Shown here piece after piece: positions 17,619-27,035 of a stretch of 64,000 nucleotides of DNA (the first letter of the stretch is position 1; each line of letters begins with the position of its first letter). The position numbers and the translations under genes were made by a program. The stretch spans positions 91,153-155,152 of the IMG/VR virus record IMGVR_UViG_3300020182_000010. One strand, 5' to 3'. Below the pieces are notes generated by a model, which was not told the origin of the DNA, searched no databases, and saw only the letters and a list, made by a program, of their open reading frames with translations. The stretch is from a virus.

Positions 17619-17920
17619 CCATTAATATATGTTTTGCCTGCTCCAGATGCCACTTTAATTCCACATGAGTGAGAATCATTAAGTCTACCAAGTGGTCTGC
17701 CATTGACATACACATTAGGAGAACCTTGTACCAATGGGGTGACATGGGGAACACATGATGGAGGTGAACCCATTGGTATATCGTGTGGGAAAGTTCTATC
17801 TCCTGTACGATACGCAAGTTTACCTTCTATGATAACATTTTCACTGCCCATGCCACACTTCCCTGGCGCACAAGGCGAATGCGCTGTTAATGTGTCTGTT
17901 GTTCTAGCAGCAGGTGGCAT
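17615..17920 (-). CDS. PAAR-domain spike tip protein (T4 gp5.4-like)
   Basis: MPPAARTTD, GSPNVYVNGRP, SCG, Zn-binding His/Cys. Confidence 0.9.
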   Translation of the reverse strand: MPPAARTTDTLTAHSPCAPGKCGMGSENVIIEGKLAYRTGDRTFPHDIPMGSPPSCVPHVTPLVQGSPNVYVNGRPLGRLNDSHSCGIKVASGAGKTYING

Positions 17921-18231
17921 TATGTAATTAATCCTGGTGTATCTGGTACAACCAATCCGCTTGTAGCGGCTCGATATGCATCTGTTGTTTCTTTATTTGT
18001 TTTTAATACTGCAACTACTTTATCTGCTTTAAATGATACTTCGCCCTCTGCATCACCAGTAATGGTAAACGGCTGAAATGCAGCACCTTGCGGACCAATT
18101 GCTATAGTAAGAGGTCGTGCTAAAACAATTGTTTCAGTGCTTTCACTTATCAATTTTCCCAATGCTTCCTGACCACTCATTAGAGAAATGGTAACAATAT
18201 CATTTACTTTATGTTTCGCTTGTACTAACAT
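17920..18231 (-). CDS. Hypothetical protein (possible Sm-like fold)
   Basis: IVTISLMSGQE...LARP pattern. Confidence 0.55.
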   Translation of the reverse strand: MLVQAKHKVNDIVTISLMSGQEALGKLISESTETIVLARPLTIAIGPQGAAFQPFTITGDAEGEVSFKADKVVAVLKTNKETTDAYRAATSGLVVPDTPGLIT

Positions 18232-18282
18232 TTTATCCTCATTCTATTATGTTATATTTATTCATTTAATTAACTTCTACTA

Positions 18283-18726
18283 TTATATATCTCTAAACTT
18301 TAATGTATTTAAAATGAATTCTTTAGAGAACCTTTTTAATATATCAAAATCTTTACTTACATCCTCAAACTTCTCTAGTATTCCACTTCTCCTGTTTAAT
18401 ACCCACCCATCAACCACACATATAAGATACATATCACCGTGAAGTAGATCATGTATTAATAATAATTCTGGGTCTTTATCAGGACATGCATGAAGCACGG
18501 TATATAAACAGCCTAAACCGTTACCACTGTTAGTATAAAATCCTTCAGTTATATACTCCCATACATCTGGCCAAATACTAGGGTTATCATAATTAAATCC
18601 ATTATGATGATAATCTAATCTTTTCCACCAGTCTATAACTTCCTGTAAGTTATGTTCTGTAAAATTATTTTTAAGTTCTAATCTTCTTTGTCGCCACTCA
18701 TAAAGAAGTGTAGATTGTTCTTTCAT
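18283..18726 (-). CDS. Hypothetical protein
   Basis: ORF track; abuts the upstream gene. Confidence 0.7.
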   Translation of the reverse strand: MKEQSTLLYEWRQRRLELKNNFTEHNLQEVIDWWKRLDYHHNGFNYDNPSIWPDVWEYITEGFYTNSGNGLGCLYTVLHACPDKDPELLLIHDLLHGDMYLICVVDGWVLNRRSGILEKFEDVSKDFDILKRFSKEFILNTLKFRDI

Positions 18727-20922
18727 TTACATTGACCATCTTTTTATAGTGTAACTAATTTCTGTAGTATAAGTTGCATTTTGTTCAAAATAAATTTTTA
18801 AATTATCGCCTTTTTCTGCGGATGCTGATAAAGTTGAATTACTCAAATCATTTAGCATTGCGGTATAATTCCATAATGGATCAGCAGATGAAATTATAAC
18901 ATCGTCGCCATCCTGTTTAGTATCGCCTATGATACCAGTTGTATTCATTACAGTTTCAAACCAATTATTGATTGCTGTCTCATTTTGATTTGCAACACGT
19001 ATAACATTTTCTATCATAACATCAAAAGAAATATTTGAAAATTCTACTTCCGGCGCAACTGGTGCTGCAGGAACTGCAGGTGGAGTAGGGTATAATGGAT
19101 TCGGATACATTTCTGCTATATTATCAGTATTTAAATCCTGCCATAATTCAGTACTTTCATCTGTTAATTTAACTTGATTTACACCATGTGGGTAACCATT
19201 AATTATTTTTATTGTACCAGTACGAAGAAATAAATTTCCTTCTACTGTACTTTCTTGCTTTAATGAATAATTAATAAAAAATGCACTGCATAGTTCAGAA
19301 TGATATTTTAAGAATGTATCTGATGTTGTTTCAAATGTTTTCTTAAATAAACTAGAACGTTTGCCGCTATGATGGGAATGCGATGATAGATGTTGATCTG
19401 CAAACATTTGATTATATGTATTCTCTGTCAATACTTCTACATTTCGGCGAGACCGTGCATAATATGGAGCAACAAATTCTGGAACGTCAACATAACCAAC
19501 ATTTGTAGTATCAGCATAACTAATATCTGATGGGATACCAACCAATGACTTTGTATAATAATATGCGCGGTGTGTGTTGCTATAATCATATAGTGTGAAA
19601 TCATTTGAGCCTGCTTGATCTTTTTCTTTAATATACAATGTGGCAAGTCCAACTTCAGATGTTTCAGGTTCTGCATATGTTAACTGATAGTCAAGTGTAT
19701 TCTGAACTGCAATATTCTCAGTTCTATAGACTGGTAGAGTAGTATCATCGTATCTGTAATAATTATTGATTTCATCCAATGACATTGTTGCCAAATCTGA
19801 ATTAGCAGGTAGACTTGCAATTCTAGGTGATAGTAAATCAAATTCAGATAATACAAGTGATAATCCGTTTTGTAAATCTCTACTATAGTCTATATAATAG
19901 TCATTATTTACAAGTGCTGATCCATCACTTCTAAGATTTGGTGTTGAAAGTGGAGTTGCATCTAAATCCTGTGTTTCAATATCAGTTGTATGGAATTGAA
20001 AATCTTGTGTACCGTTACCAAGTTGTTGCCAAACAGTATCTTGTTTATACCAATATGTAACTCTATCTGGTCCAGTAATCACTGCAACATCGCCACCTAA
20101 TCCAAGAGCATTGTCTGGTGAATTTGTTGTATAATCTATGTTTGCGTTCAAAGGATGATAATTAAGAATATGGTCAATAACCTCAGATGCCCATTCAGAA
20201 CCATCCCACTTGAATAATCCAAAATTAGACTTACTCATATAAGTTGAATTATCGTTAGGAGAAATAATTTGTGCTGGCATAGCATCATTATGCCTCATAT
20301 ATAATGAAGTTATAGTTATATCTTTTACTGGATCATATGATTTAGATGTTACGACACCGTGTGTATAATCTTCAACGCCAATAACTTCTAATACTTCTCC
20401 GGTGCCATCTAACGGACCAAGGGCAAGTGATGTAAACTGTACATTAATATCATTTGATACGGCACCCATGGTTCTATACTCTGTGTTGCCAATCTTTTTT
20501 ATAATATATGTTTTTCCAGCATCAATTTCAGAAGATGGTATTCTATGATTATCATATTTGTATTCTTTTAGATATACCGTTTCACCAACTGTAAAATTCA
20601 CATTGCCTTTCCATTCTACATTTTCTAAATAAAAATGCATTGCGCCAATTAAAGCATCAACATCTTGAACATTTCTTATTACTAAATCTTCGTCAACTTT
20701 CAGACCAGGTTCTGGATTATCATTACTATCTAACCAAGTTTGTATAACTGCGTGTGCGTTTGCGAATGCATCAAATTGAACTTCATTAATTGATTCATCA
20801 ATACCGACGAATAATTGGTTGGTATCTGTGGTGAAGCCCATTTCACCAGTTTCTAATGTATCAACGCCTATTTCCTCACGGAGGCCGCGTCTTAGTAGAA
20901 TTTTTACGTTTGTTATTGCCAT
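18727..20922 (-). CDS. Virion structural/fibre protein with Mtd-N-like N-terminus
   Basis: KILLRRG...LETGEMGFTTDTNQLFVG; late GATAAATA at 20947-20954. Confidence 0.7.
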   Translation of the reverse strand: MAITNVKILLRRGLREEIGVDTLETGEMGFTTDTNQLFVGIDESINEVQFDAFANAHAVIQTWLDSNDNPEPGLKVDEDLVIRNVQDVDALIGAMHFYLENVEWKGNVNFTVGETVYLKEYKYDNHRIPSSEIDAGKTYIIKKIGNTEYRTMGAVSNDINVQFTSLALGPLDGTGEVLEVIGVEDYTHGVVTSKSYDPVKDITITSLYMRHNDAMPAQIISPNDNSTYMSKSNFGLFKWDGSEWASEVIDHILNYHPLNANIDYTTNSPDNALGLGGDVAVITGPDRVTYWYKQDTVWQQLGNGTQDFQFHTTDIETQDLDATPLSTPNLRSDGSALVNNDYYIDYSRDLQNGLSLVLSEFDLLSPRIASLPANSDLATMSLDEINNYYRYDDTTLPVYRTENIAVQNTLDYQLTYAEPETSEVGLATLYIKEKDQAGSNDFTLYDYSNTHRAYYYTKSLVGIPSDISYADTTNVGYVDVPEFVAPYYARSRRNVEVLTENTYNQMFADQHLSSHSHHSGKRSSLFKKTFETTSDTFLKYHSELCSAFFINYSLKQESTVEGNLFLRTGTIKIINGYPHGVNQVKLTDESTELWQDLNTDNIAEMYPNPLYPTPPAVPAAPVAPEVEFSNISFDVMIENVIRVANQNETAINNWFETVMNTTGIIGDTKQDGDDVIISSADPLWNYTAMLNDLSNSTLSASAEKGDNLKIYFEQNATYTTEISYTIKRWSM

Positions 20923-20939
20923 GTCGTGTAACTCCTAGA

Positions 20940-21629
20940 TTACATGTATTTATCAAAATACTCTTGAACCTTAGTAGCCCACAATAGTGAATACTTGTCG
21001 AATTCCTCTCCCTCTACAACAAATTCTTGATAATTACCGAGATTATCTGCTTCCGCATCCCATCCAATCATCATAATAACAATAGTACGAATATCAGTTC
21101 CATATAATTCATTATGTGCGGCAGCATATGCAGCACCTTGTAGAAAATAATCATCAATCCATGCACGTTTTTTGGGCTTACGAGTTGTTTTAAAATCAAT
21201 AATTGCTTGTTGCCCTTTGTATACACCAATACAATCTGCAGTTCCTGCATATAGTCCTGGATAGTATAATGGGACTTCTGTTCCCCACACTTCACTAATA
21301 TTACTAAGACCATCGTTGATAACAATATCTGACAGTTCTTTAGCCATCTGATGGATGAGGTTTGTGCCACTTGGTCTATCCTCTTCAAGAATAAACTTTT
21401 CTAAATGCAAGTGAACTTGTGTGCCAATTCCAGTAGCAAGGTTCATAATACGATTTGCTTCTTCATTACCGACACGTTTTCGCCATTCGTGTAGCGCAGT
21501 TTTGTCCGCAAGTGCACTCAAAACTGTTGTAACACTTGGGAGGGGCTTACCTTCAGGTGTTTGATAGTGACGGGATCCGTCTAAATTGACACGTGATAGG
21601 GGAGCATAAGTATAGGTTTCTTTTAACAT
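20940..21629 (-). CDS. PD-(D/E)XK exonuclease (Cas4/MGME1-like)
   Basis: PSVTTVL, GTQVH, EVPL, AGTAD, IIDFKT, QGAAY. Confidence 0.85.
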   Translation of the reverse strand: MLKETYTYAPLSRVNLDGSRHYQTPEGKPLPSVTTVLSALADKTALHEWRKRVGNEEANRIMNLATGIGTQVHLHLEKFILEEDRPSGTNLIHQMAKELSDIVINDGLSNISEVWGTEVPLYYPGLYAGTADCIGVYKGQQAIIDFKTTRKPKKRAWIDDYFLQGAAYAAAHNELYGTDIRTIVIMMIGWDAEADNLGNYQEFVVEGEEFDKYSLLWATKVQEYFDKYM

Positions 21630-21635
21630 AAGACA

Positions 21636-21665
21636 ATAGTATCATATAAATTTAAGACTGTCAAG
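21636..21665 (-). promoter_or_regulatory. sigma70 promoter, leaderless configuration
   Basis: TTGACA-17-TACTAT-6nt-ATG. Confidence 0.7.
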
Positions 21666-21709
21666 AAAAAAGCGCAAGAAAGAATCCTGCGTTTTCAATG
21701 ATTTAGAAA

Positions 21710-21988
21710 TTAACTTGTATACATCTTACGATATGCTTCGATATCTTTCTCATACTGCTTCGAACAGAAGTTAGATTGACGTTTCCAAAAATTCATCTTA
21801 CGCTCACATATGTCTAACTCTTTAGATGCATGATGCTTTTCAACTGTATCGTCACTTTTTAGAAGTATGAATTTCAGGAAGAAGTAATTTTCAAGATGCT
21901 TACAAATCATGTGATTTGCATCGTATTTTTCTGCATTAAATGCAGAAGCGAATGTACGCTTTTCAGTATCGCTATAAAAAAACATCAT
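21710..21988 (-). CDS. Hypothetical early protein
   Basis: AAGGAG RBS before the ATG at 21988; the track start (22060) runs through the promoter. Confidence 0.7.
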   Translation of the reverse strand: MMFFYSDTEKRTFASAFNAEKYDANHMICKHLENYFFLKFILLKSDDTVEKHHASKELDICERKMNFWKRQSNFCSKQYEKDIEAYRKMYTS

Positions 21989-22018
21989 GTGTATTCTCCT
22001 TTTGTTTAACACATGATG

Positions 22019-22048
22019 TTTATAGCATTGATTCGAGGATTTGTCAAG
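22019..22048 (-). promoter_or_regulatory. sigma70 promoter with GANTC in spacer
   Basis: TTGACA aatcctcGAATCaatgc TATAAA; preceded by hairpin 22049-22079. Confidence 0.75.
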
Positions 22049-22104
22049 AAAAAAGCGCAAGATAAAACTCTTACGCTTTAATAGGTTATAATTTTTTAAA
22101 TTAA

Positions 22105-22560
22105 TTATAGATGTTTTTGTAATTCTTCTATCATTGATGCCTTTGTATGTCTACGATCTAATTGGATACCTATATTTTCATCTGCCCATATATCAATTTC
22201 TTTCTTAGTCATGGATGTAAAATTAGGAGTAGTTTCTATTTTTTTATTATTTTTGGTTTCTACAACTATACTTTCTGTGGTCATATCTACTGTAATTGGA
22301 GTAACTGTTTCTATTACTGCATCTTCAACTTTTTCAGCAACCGCTTTTTTTATAATTACTTCATCTTTAATACTTTGGATACGACTATTATTTTCTCTTG
22401 CCTTTTTGTTTTCTAATGTTAGGCGGCGCTTTTCTGCCTTTTCATCTGACATTGTTGCTAGAGCATTTTCAATAATATTATTACTATCAATAATAATTTT
22501 TTTCATTTCTTTTTTAGAAACAACTTTAATTTCTTTATCACCTTTAATAATTAATGGCAT
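22105..22560 (-). CDS. Hypothetical protein
   Basis: ORF track; RBS. Confidence 0.7.
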   Translation of the reverse strand: MPLIIKGDKEIKVVSKKEMKKIIIDSNNIIENALATMSDEKAEKRRLTLENKKARENNSRIQSIKDEVIIKKAVAEKVEDAVIETVTPITVDMTTESIVVETKNNKKIETTPNFTSMTKKEIDIWADENIGIQLDRRHTKASMIEELQKHL

Positions 22561-22880
22561 TACTTGGTTCTCCTTGTTGTTGCTTTTGTGGCAAGTTTTT
22601 TTACAGTTTCTTTAGAACTATCATCATTATCTGATGTAGGGGCAAATTCTAACTCTATACTGTTTGCATTTGCATTACTTACGTATTTACTTTTTGATAA
22701 AATATCAGTTAAACTCTCAGGTGTAATAGAATGACCCAAGTCATTCAGTTCACGCACCATTATATCAGTTCCAATAGTATTAATATCATTTGCTTTTAAG
22801 CGAACAAGATATACATTAATATCATTCATAAGTTGAGACTTATAATTATCATTTTCGCTTAAAAGTGTTGAAATTTTCAT
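22560..22880 (-). CDS. Hypothetical protein (MKISTLLSE N-terminus)
   Basis: ORF track; late operon. Confidence 0.7.
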   Translation of the reverse strand: MKISTLLSENDNYKSQLMNDINVYLVRLKANDINTIGTDIMVRELNDLGHSITPESLTDILSKSKYVSNANANSIELEFAPTSDNDDSSKETVKKLATKATTRRTK

Positions 22881-22881
22881 T

Positions 22882-23994
22882 TTATGACCTCTTTGCTCGG
22901 CCTAATGGTTCACTATCTGGTCCAGATGCTGCTTCGTCACCTGCTGCAAAATCTACATCGTCTTCAAAATCATCAGACATATCACCACCGATTATATCAC
23001 CTGAAGACATGTCATCTGATGGTTTTTCGCCATTAAGAACCAAAACTGCATCATTTACTGTATCTTTTGTTGCACGTGCCTGCCCTAGTAAACTTGCTAC
23101 GGCATCGTTTACTTTATCTTTAAATGATGATGCTTGGTCTGCGCCATGTGAGTAAGCCATTTCATCAGTAAGTGGACCAAGTTGATCATTTTGTAGTTTG
23201 CCTAGTTTTTCAATCATGTCTTGTAGTTCATCTACCATGCCACGTGCTGCCATCATAACTTCTGCTTCTGCTGCATCACTTTCAAGTAATGTATTAAGTT
23301 GTGCTAGAAGGCCTTCTTCTAATTTTTCTCTATCCATTTTGTATTCCTTTGGTGCTTCGTAAGTATTGCCATACTTTTTCATTGTATCAAATGATGGTTT
23401 TTCGCTCTCAGTTGCTTTTTCTGCTTTTGCAGCATGTACTGCTTTGCGTTGTGCATCAGATTTATACTTACCTTCATTGATTGATTCGTAGTACTCATTT
23501 GCCATTTCTTTGCCGTACTTTTTAGAAAATTCTTCTTTTGACATTGTTTCTGAATCATCAATAATCATATCACTCATGCGGCCTTCAACAAATGATTCAT
23601 TCTTTAAGAATGCTGGCTTATCATCTTTTGTGCCCATCTTGCCGTCTTTACCAGCAGCCATTGGCATTTTATCTGACTTTGCTTTACTCTTTTTAGTAGT
23701 CTTGCCTTTTTTCTTTGCATCTTGATATGCTTTCAGACCAGCGGGTAATTCACCTTCAGCAACGTGTGCTTTTAGTAGTGATTTAATAGTTTCAATCATA
23801 AGCATGTTTTCGACATATGCACGATCCTGGTAGTCTGAAGTCATTTCTCGCTTTTTTGCTTCTAGTTGTGCTTTTGCTTCTCTTAGTGATTCTAGATCAC
23901 CATCTACTTCGTACCCAAAATTACTTTTCATGTACTCATTCATTTTTGAAGAGATAGCAACCGGGTTAGAGTTGTAAAAAATTGTTTTTCTCAT
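22882..23994 (-). CDS. Probable internal head/prohead-core-like protein
   Basis: Charged helical protein with many xxE-delimited modules; late box 24028-24035. Confidence 0.5.
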   Translation of the reverse strand: MRKTIFYNSNPVAISSKMNEYMKSNFGYEVDGDLESLREAKAQLEAKKREMTSDYQDRAYVENMLMIETIKSLLKAHVAEGELPAGLKAYQDAKKKGKTTKKSKAKSDKMPMAAGKDGKMGTKDDKPAFLKNESFVEGRMSDMIIDDSETMSKEEFSKKYGKEMANEYYESINEGKYKSDAQRKAVHAAKAEKATESEKPSFDTMKKYGNTYEAPKEYKMDREKLEEGLLAQLNTLLESDAAEAEVMMAARGMVDELQDMIEKLGKLQNDQLGPLTDEMAYSHGADQASSFKDKVNDAVASLLGQARATKDTVNDAVLVLNGEKPSDDMSSGDIIGGDMSDDFEDDVDFAAGDEAASGPDSEPLGRAKRS

Positions 23995-24056
23995 GGTATT
24001 TGCCCCAATACATTAAGTTATATCATGTATTTATCTTTTTAGTTTCATTTCCTAAT

Positions 24057-24683
24057 TTACTTAATAGATTCATATATTGCTTTTATACTGCGTTTTGCAC
24101 TTCCTGCCTCAGATTTAGCACGTGTAAATCTTGCTTCCGCAATATTCATTTTACTAATATCTTTACGCTTTTTTGCTTTTGCATATGTATCTTTATACTG
24201 AATGGCATCAAAATAGAATTTTTCGAATACTGCGTTACTTGCCATTATTTTTGTTAATTCTGGTGAGTTTATTTTCTTTCCAGAATTCAAATGTCTTGTT
24301 ATAACATATGCAGTTTCATACAAACAAATTTCCTCAAATAATGTATCATCTGAACGATTGTCCCTAATATCATAGTAACCATTGTCATTTTTTTCAACAG
24401 AAAACATTCCTACTTTTACACCATTATGTGTCTTTGTAGACTCATTCATTGTTGTTGCAACTTTTTTACTAACATTGTTACTGGCACTATTAAATGCGTT
24501 CATAATATTTTCCATTGCTTTAATATCTGCAGTTTTAACTCCATGTGATACATCAATATGACCAGAGTCAGCCATTACTTGCTGTTCATGGGCAACCTGT
24601 TCTTTTAATGCAGTTTTGTCACCGTTCAGTGCCTTCATTAAATTTGACATTGCATTCACATCTTGTTTACTAGGTGTTGTCAT
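24057..24683 (-). CDS. Hypothetical late protein
   Basis: GGAGG RBS. Confidence 0.75.
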   Translation of the reverse strand: MTTPSKQDVNAMSNLMKALNGDKTALKEQVAHEQQVMADSGHIDVSHGVKTADIKAMENIMNAFNSASNNVSKKVATTMNESTKTHNGVKVGMFSVEKNDNGYYDIRDNRSDDTLFEEICLYETAYVITRHLNSGKKINSPELTKIMASNAVFEKFYFDAIQYKDTYAKAKKRKDISKMNIAEARFTRAKSEAGSAKRSIKAIYESIK

Positions 24684-24694
24684 TACATCCTCCG

Positions 24695-24889
24695 TTAGTT
24701 GACTCTATATCCACGTAGTGTTGGTACTAACACGCCCTTATGTACTAATTTATCAGCAATAATTATTGAGCGTTCACTCAATTGAGATTCATTAACATAT
24801 TCGTTTTCTGAAAAGAACTGGTTTAATAAATCACTTTCTTCTTCGGTGATCATAACATATATACCACCTAATACTTCTTGTAACTTCAT
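24695..24889 (-). CDS. Hypothetical small protein
   Basis: GAGGAG RBS. Confidence 0.7.
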   Translation of the reverse strand: MKLQEVLGGIYVMITEEESDLLNQFFSENEYVNESQLSERSIIIADKLVHKGVLVPTLRGYRVN

Positions 24890-24901
24890 TTTAAACTCCT
24901 C

Positions 24902-25462
24902 TTATTTATTGAGTTTATTTAATAGACTTCTAAATTGCTGGGCCGTTTTGGGATCACTTGCAAGTGCGTCTAACGATTTTGCTTGCTGTGCCATCGCAAA
25001 ACGTTGAACAGGCGTTAATGCTTTGCCTTGTTCGGCTCTATCAAGTGCCTTTGCTGCCTGTTGACCACTAATGCCACCCAATGCTTTCTTGCCTAGGCGT
25101 TGCATTGCTTGTGCCTTTTTAGTCATTGCAGATGAACTAGAATCTTGGCTAGGCGCGGATGCTTGTGCTTGTGACTGAGCTTGTTGCATGCCCTTCATTT
25201 CGCCTGGTGTTAATGAAGTTCTTGTTCCCTGCGAACCAGTAGAATATTCTTCATCAAGACTAAAACCTAAAACTTCTTTCGCTGTTTTTTCATCTCTATC
25301 ACGTAATGCTCTCATTAATTCAATATATTTACCAAAGTCAAGAGTTTTCATTCTATTACGAACATCATCATCACTTGCTCCAACTAAATCAGCAATACCA
25401 GTTAATCTTGTATTATATGACTCCGTTAACATAACATTCTCTATACTATCTTTTAAACTCAT
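24902..25462 (-). CDS. Hypothetical late protein
   Basis: ORF track; RBS. Confidence 0.7.
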   Translation of the reverse strand: MSLKDSIENVMLTESYNTRLTGIADLVGASDDDVRNRMKTLDFGKYIELMRALRDRDEKTAKEVLGFSLDEEYSTGSQGTRTSLTPGEMKGMQQAQSQAQASAPSQDSSSSAMTKKAQAMQRLGKKALGGISGQQAAKALDRAEQGKALTPVQRFAMAQQAKSLDALASDPKTAQQFRSLLNKLNK

Positions 25463-25468
25463 TTTATA

Positions 25469-25753
25469 TCACCTATTCAACATTTTTAATCGTTTGCTTG
25501 CTGGGTTCATACGTTTTGTCATCTTCGATTTACGTGTTAGTCTCTTGCCCATTTTAGCTTTAGTTTTTGCTAAAGTGAACCGCTTCTTAACATCTACTGG
25601 CTTAAAACATGCTGTGGGATTAGCAACTGTTTTGCCTTTTAGTCTTCCTGATGAACAGCGATACTTACGAACTACCTTTTTACCACTACGTGCATAAACT
25701 AGTTTCGCTTCGTAAAATTCTTCGTCATTTTTTACAATTTCTTCTATAAGCAT
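25469..25753 (-). CDS. Basic hypothetical protein
   Basis: Lys/Arg-rich; RC..G..KG motif. Confidence 0.7.
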   Translation of the reverse strand: MLIEEIVKNDEEFYEAKLVYARSGKKVVRKYRCSSGRLKGKTVANPTACFKPVDVKKRFTLAKTKAKMGKRLTRKSKMTKRMNPASKRLKMLNR

Positions 25754-26001
25754 TATATCACCTTAAACACAGAAGTCAATAGTGCAATTAACAATGTCCC
25801 AAATAATGTTGAACTTGCCCAAACAACTATCTTTTTCAATTCTGTAAATTGTTCCTTTGTATCTAATGTTTGACGTTCTACTAATGTTTCTAACCGCCCA
25901 ATCGATTCATCTAATTTCTTAAATCGTTCATGATTAACTGCTACATGAGTTTCTAAACTCTGCATCTCAAGTGCTGCTAATTGCGGTTCATTTATAGACA
26001 T
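25753..26001 (-). CDS. Coiled-coil plus C-terminal TM protein (holin/XhlA-like)
   Basis: Single hydrophobic C-terminal helix; late box 26028-26035. Confidence 0.5.
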   Translation of the reverse strand: MSINEPQLAALEMQSLETHVAVNHERFKKLDESIGRLETLVERQTLDTKEQFTELKKIVVWASSTLFGTLLIALLTSVFKVI

Positions 26002-26064
26002 CGTTCTTCTCCACTAAATGTTATATGTATTTATCATTTTAGTTTAGAAGAATTATCCACATAT

Positions 26065-26094
26065 AAAAAAACCCAGTTATTAACTGGGTTTTTT
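26065..26094. terminator. Bidirectional intrinsic terminator
   Basis: AAAAAAACCCAGTTA-T-TAACTGGGTTTTTT. Confidence 0.8.
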
Positions 26095-26113
26095 CTTTAC
26101 ATTCACTGCTTAA

Positions 26114-26190
26114 TGGGGTATCTCCACATTCTATTTCATTATGCGAATGATTCCAAGACCATACTAGGTAGTGGGCGCTCAATAGAATGT
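26114..26190. other. Candidate structured RNA/ssDNA element (multi-stem)
   Basis: 10-bp closing stem ACATTCTATT/AATAGAATGT enclosing two hairpins, plus an adjacent hairpin. Confidence 0.4.
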
Positions 26191-26194
26191 AGAA

Positions 26195-26584
26195 CTATAA
26201 TAATTCAGACATCTCAAATTCTATTGTAATAGGATCTAATGGTACACCATCTATATCCACACCGTAGAATATTTCTTTTAGTATTGCAACATTATCACCG
26301 CTACGTTCAAATGCTTGTCCATGCTCTACCGCAAATTTAAAAATCATGCCATTACCAGTTAGAGTTGGTGCTAGTCCAGTAAGTGATACTGGAATAGGAC
26401 TATTCATAATTACAGGTTGGGCTACCAGATTAATTAGATTACAAACATCATCAAAATTTTGTTGTGACTGATCTAATATATTACCGGTTGATGTGATATC
26501 TAATGTTTTTAGATAGATAGTATAAAAATTCAGATTGCCAGATAGATTTTCGCTTGAACCTGCCGAGCCATGTATTCTTGTCAT
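26195..26584 (-). CDS. Probable virion structural protein
   Basis: Two TATAAATA boxes (26613-26633), RBS, own terminator. Confidence 0.6.
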   Translation of the reverse strand: MTRIHGSAGSSENLSGNLNFYTIYLKTLDITSTGNILDQSQQNFDDVCNLINLVAQPVIMNSPIPVSLTGLAPTLTGNGMIFKFAVEHGQAFERSGDNVAILKEIFYGVDIDGVPLDPITIEFEMSELL

Positions 26585-26646
26585 ATTATTTCTCCGATTG
26601 AATTATTAAATGTATTTATACTATGTATTTATATCATATATAAAAC

Positions 26647-26677
26647 AAAAAAAGACCCACCATTGGTGGGCCTTTTT
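26647..26677 (-). terminator. Intrinsic terminator
   Basis: GACCCACCA-T-TGGTGGGCC with A/T runs. Confidence 0.75.
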
Positions 26678-26701
26678 ACTCTAACAAGTAGAGTTTATAT
26701 C

Positions 26702-26956
26702 TTAGTAATCAAAATCTGCTGCTGAATAATCGTCGCCTAGTGCTGCTGTTAGTGTAGTCGCTGTCCATGCGCCGTTATTTTCTACTGCAACGCGCTCTGC
26801 GCCTTCGCCTAGAATTACAACAGTTGCACGTGTGCCTACTGTTTCAACAACATGTTTCGCAGAGATTGTACCTGCTACTTTTGAGATTGTGAAATGTACA
26901 AGTGATCCTGTTAGGAATTGACCTGCATCATATGATTCGTGTACTTTTGCTACCAT
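26702..26956 (-). CDS. Probable virion structural protein, paralogue-like of 26195-26584
   Basis: Similar N-terminus; late box 27005-27012; GGAGA RBS. Confidence 0.6.
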   Translation of the reverse strand: MVAKVHESYDAGQFLTGSLVHFTISKVAGTISAKHVVETVGTRATVVILGEGAERVAVENNGAWTATTLTAALGDDYSAADFDY

Positions 26957-27035
26957 TTTATTTCTCCATTAAAATTTGTTGAGACTTTATCATCTCTATA
27001 CTTTTATTTATCATTTTTGTTCCAACAATTGTATG

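Noticed and set aside
20940-21629. Cas4-like nuclease as evidence of CRISPR-Cas
   Set aside because: It is a solo phage exonuclease with no Fe-S cysteine cluster, cas neighbours or array.
26053-26061. DnaA box as a replication origin
   Set aside because: A single 9-mer is plausible by chance in 64 kb of AT-rich DNA; kept only as context.
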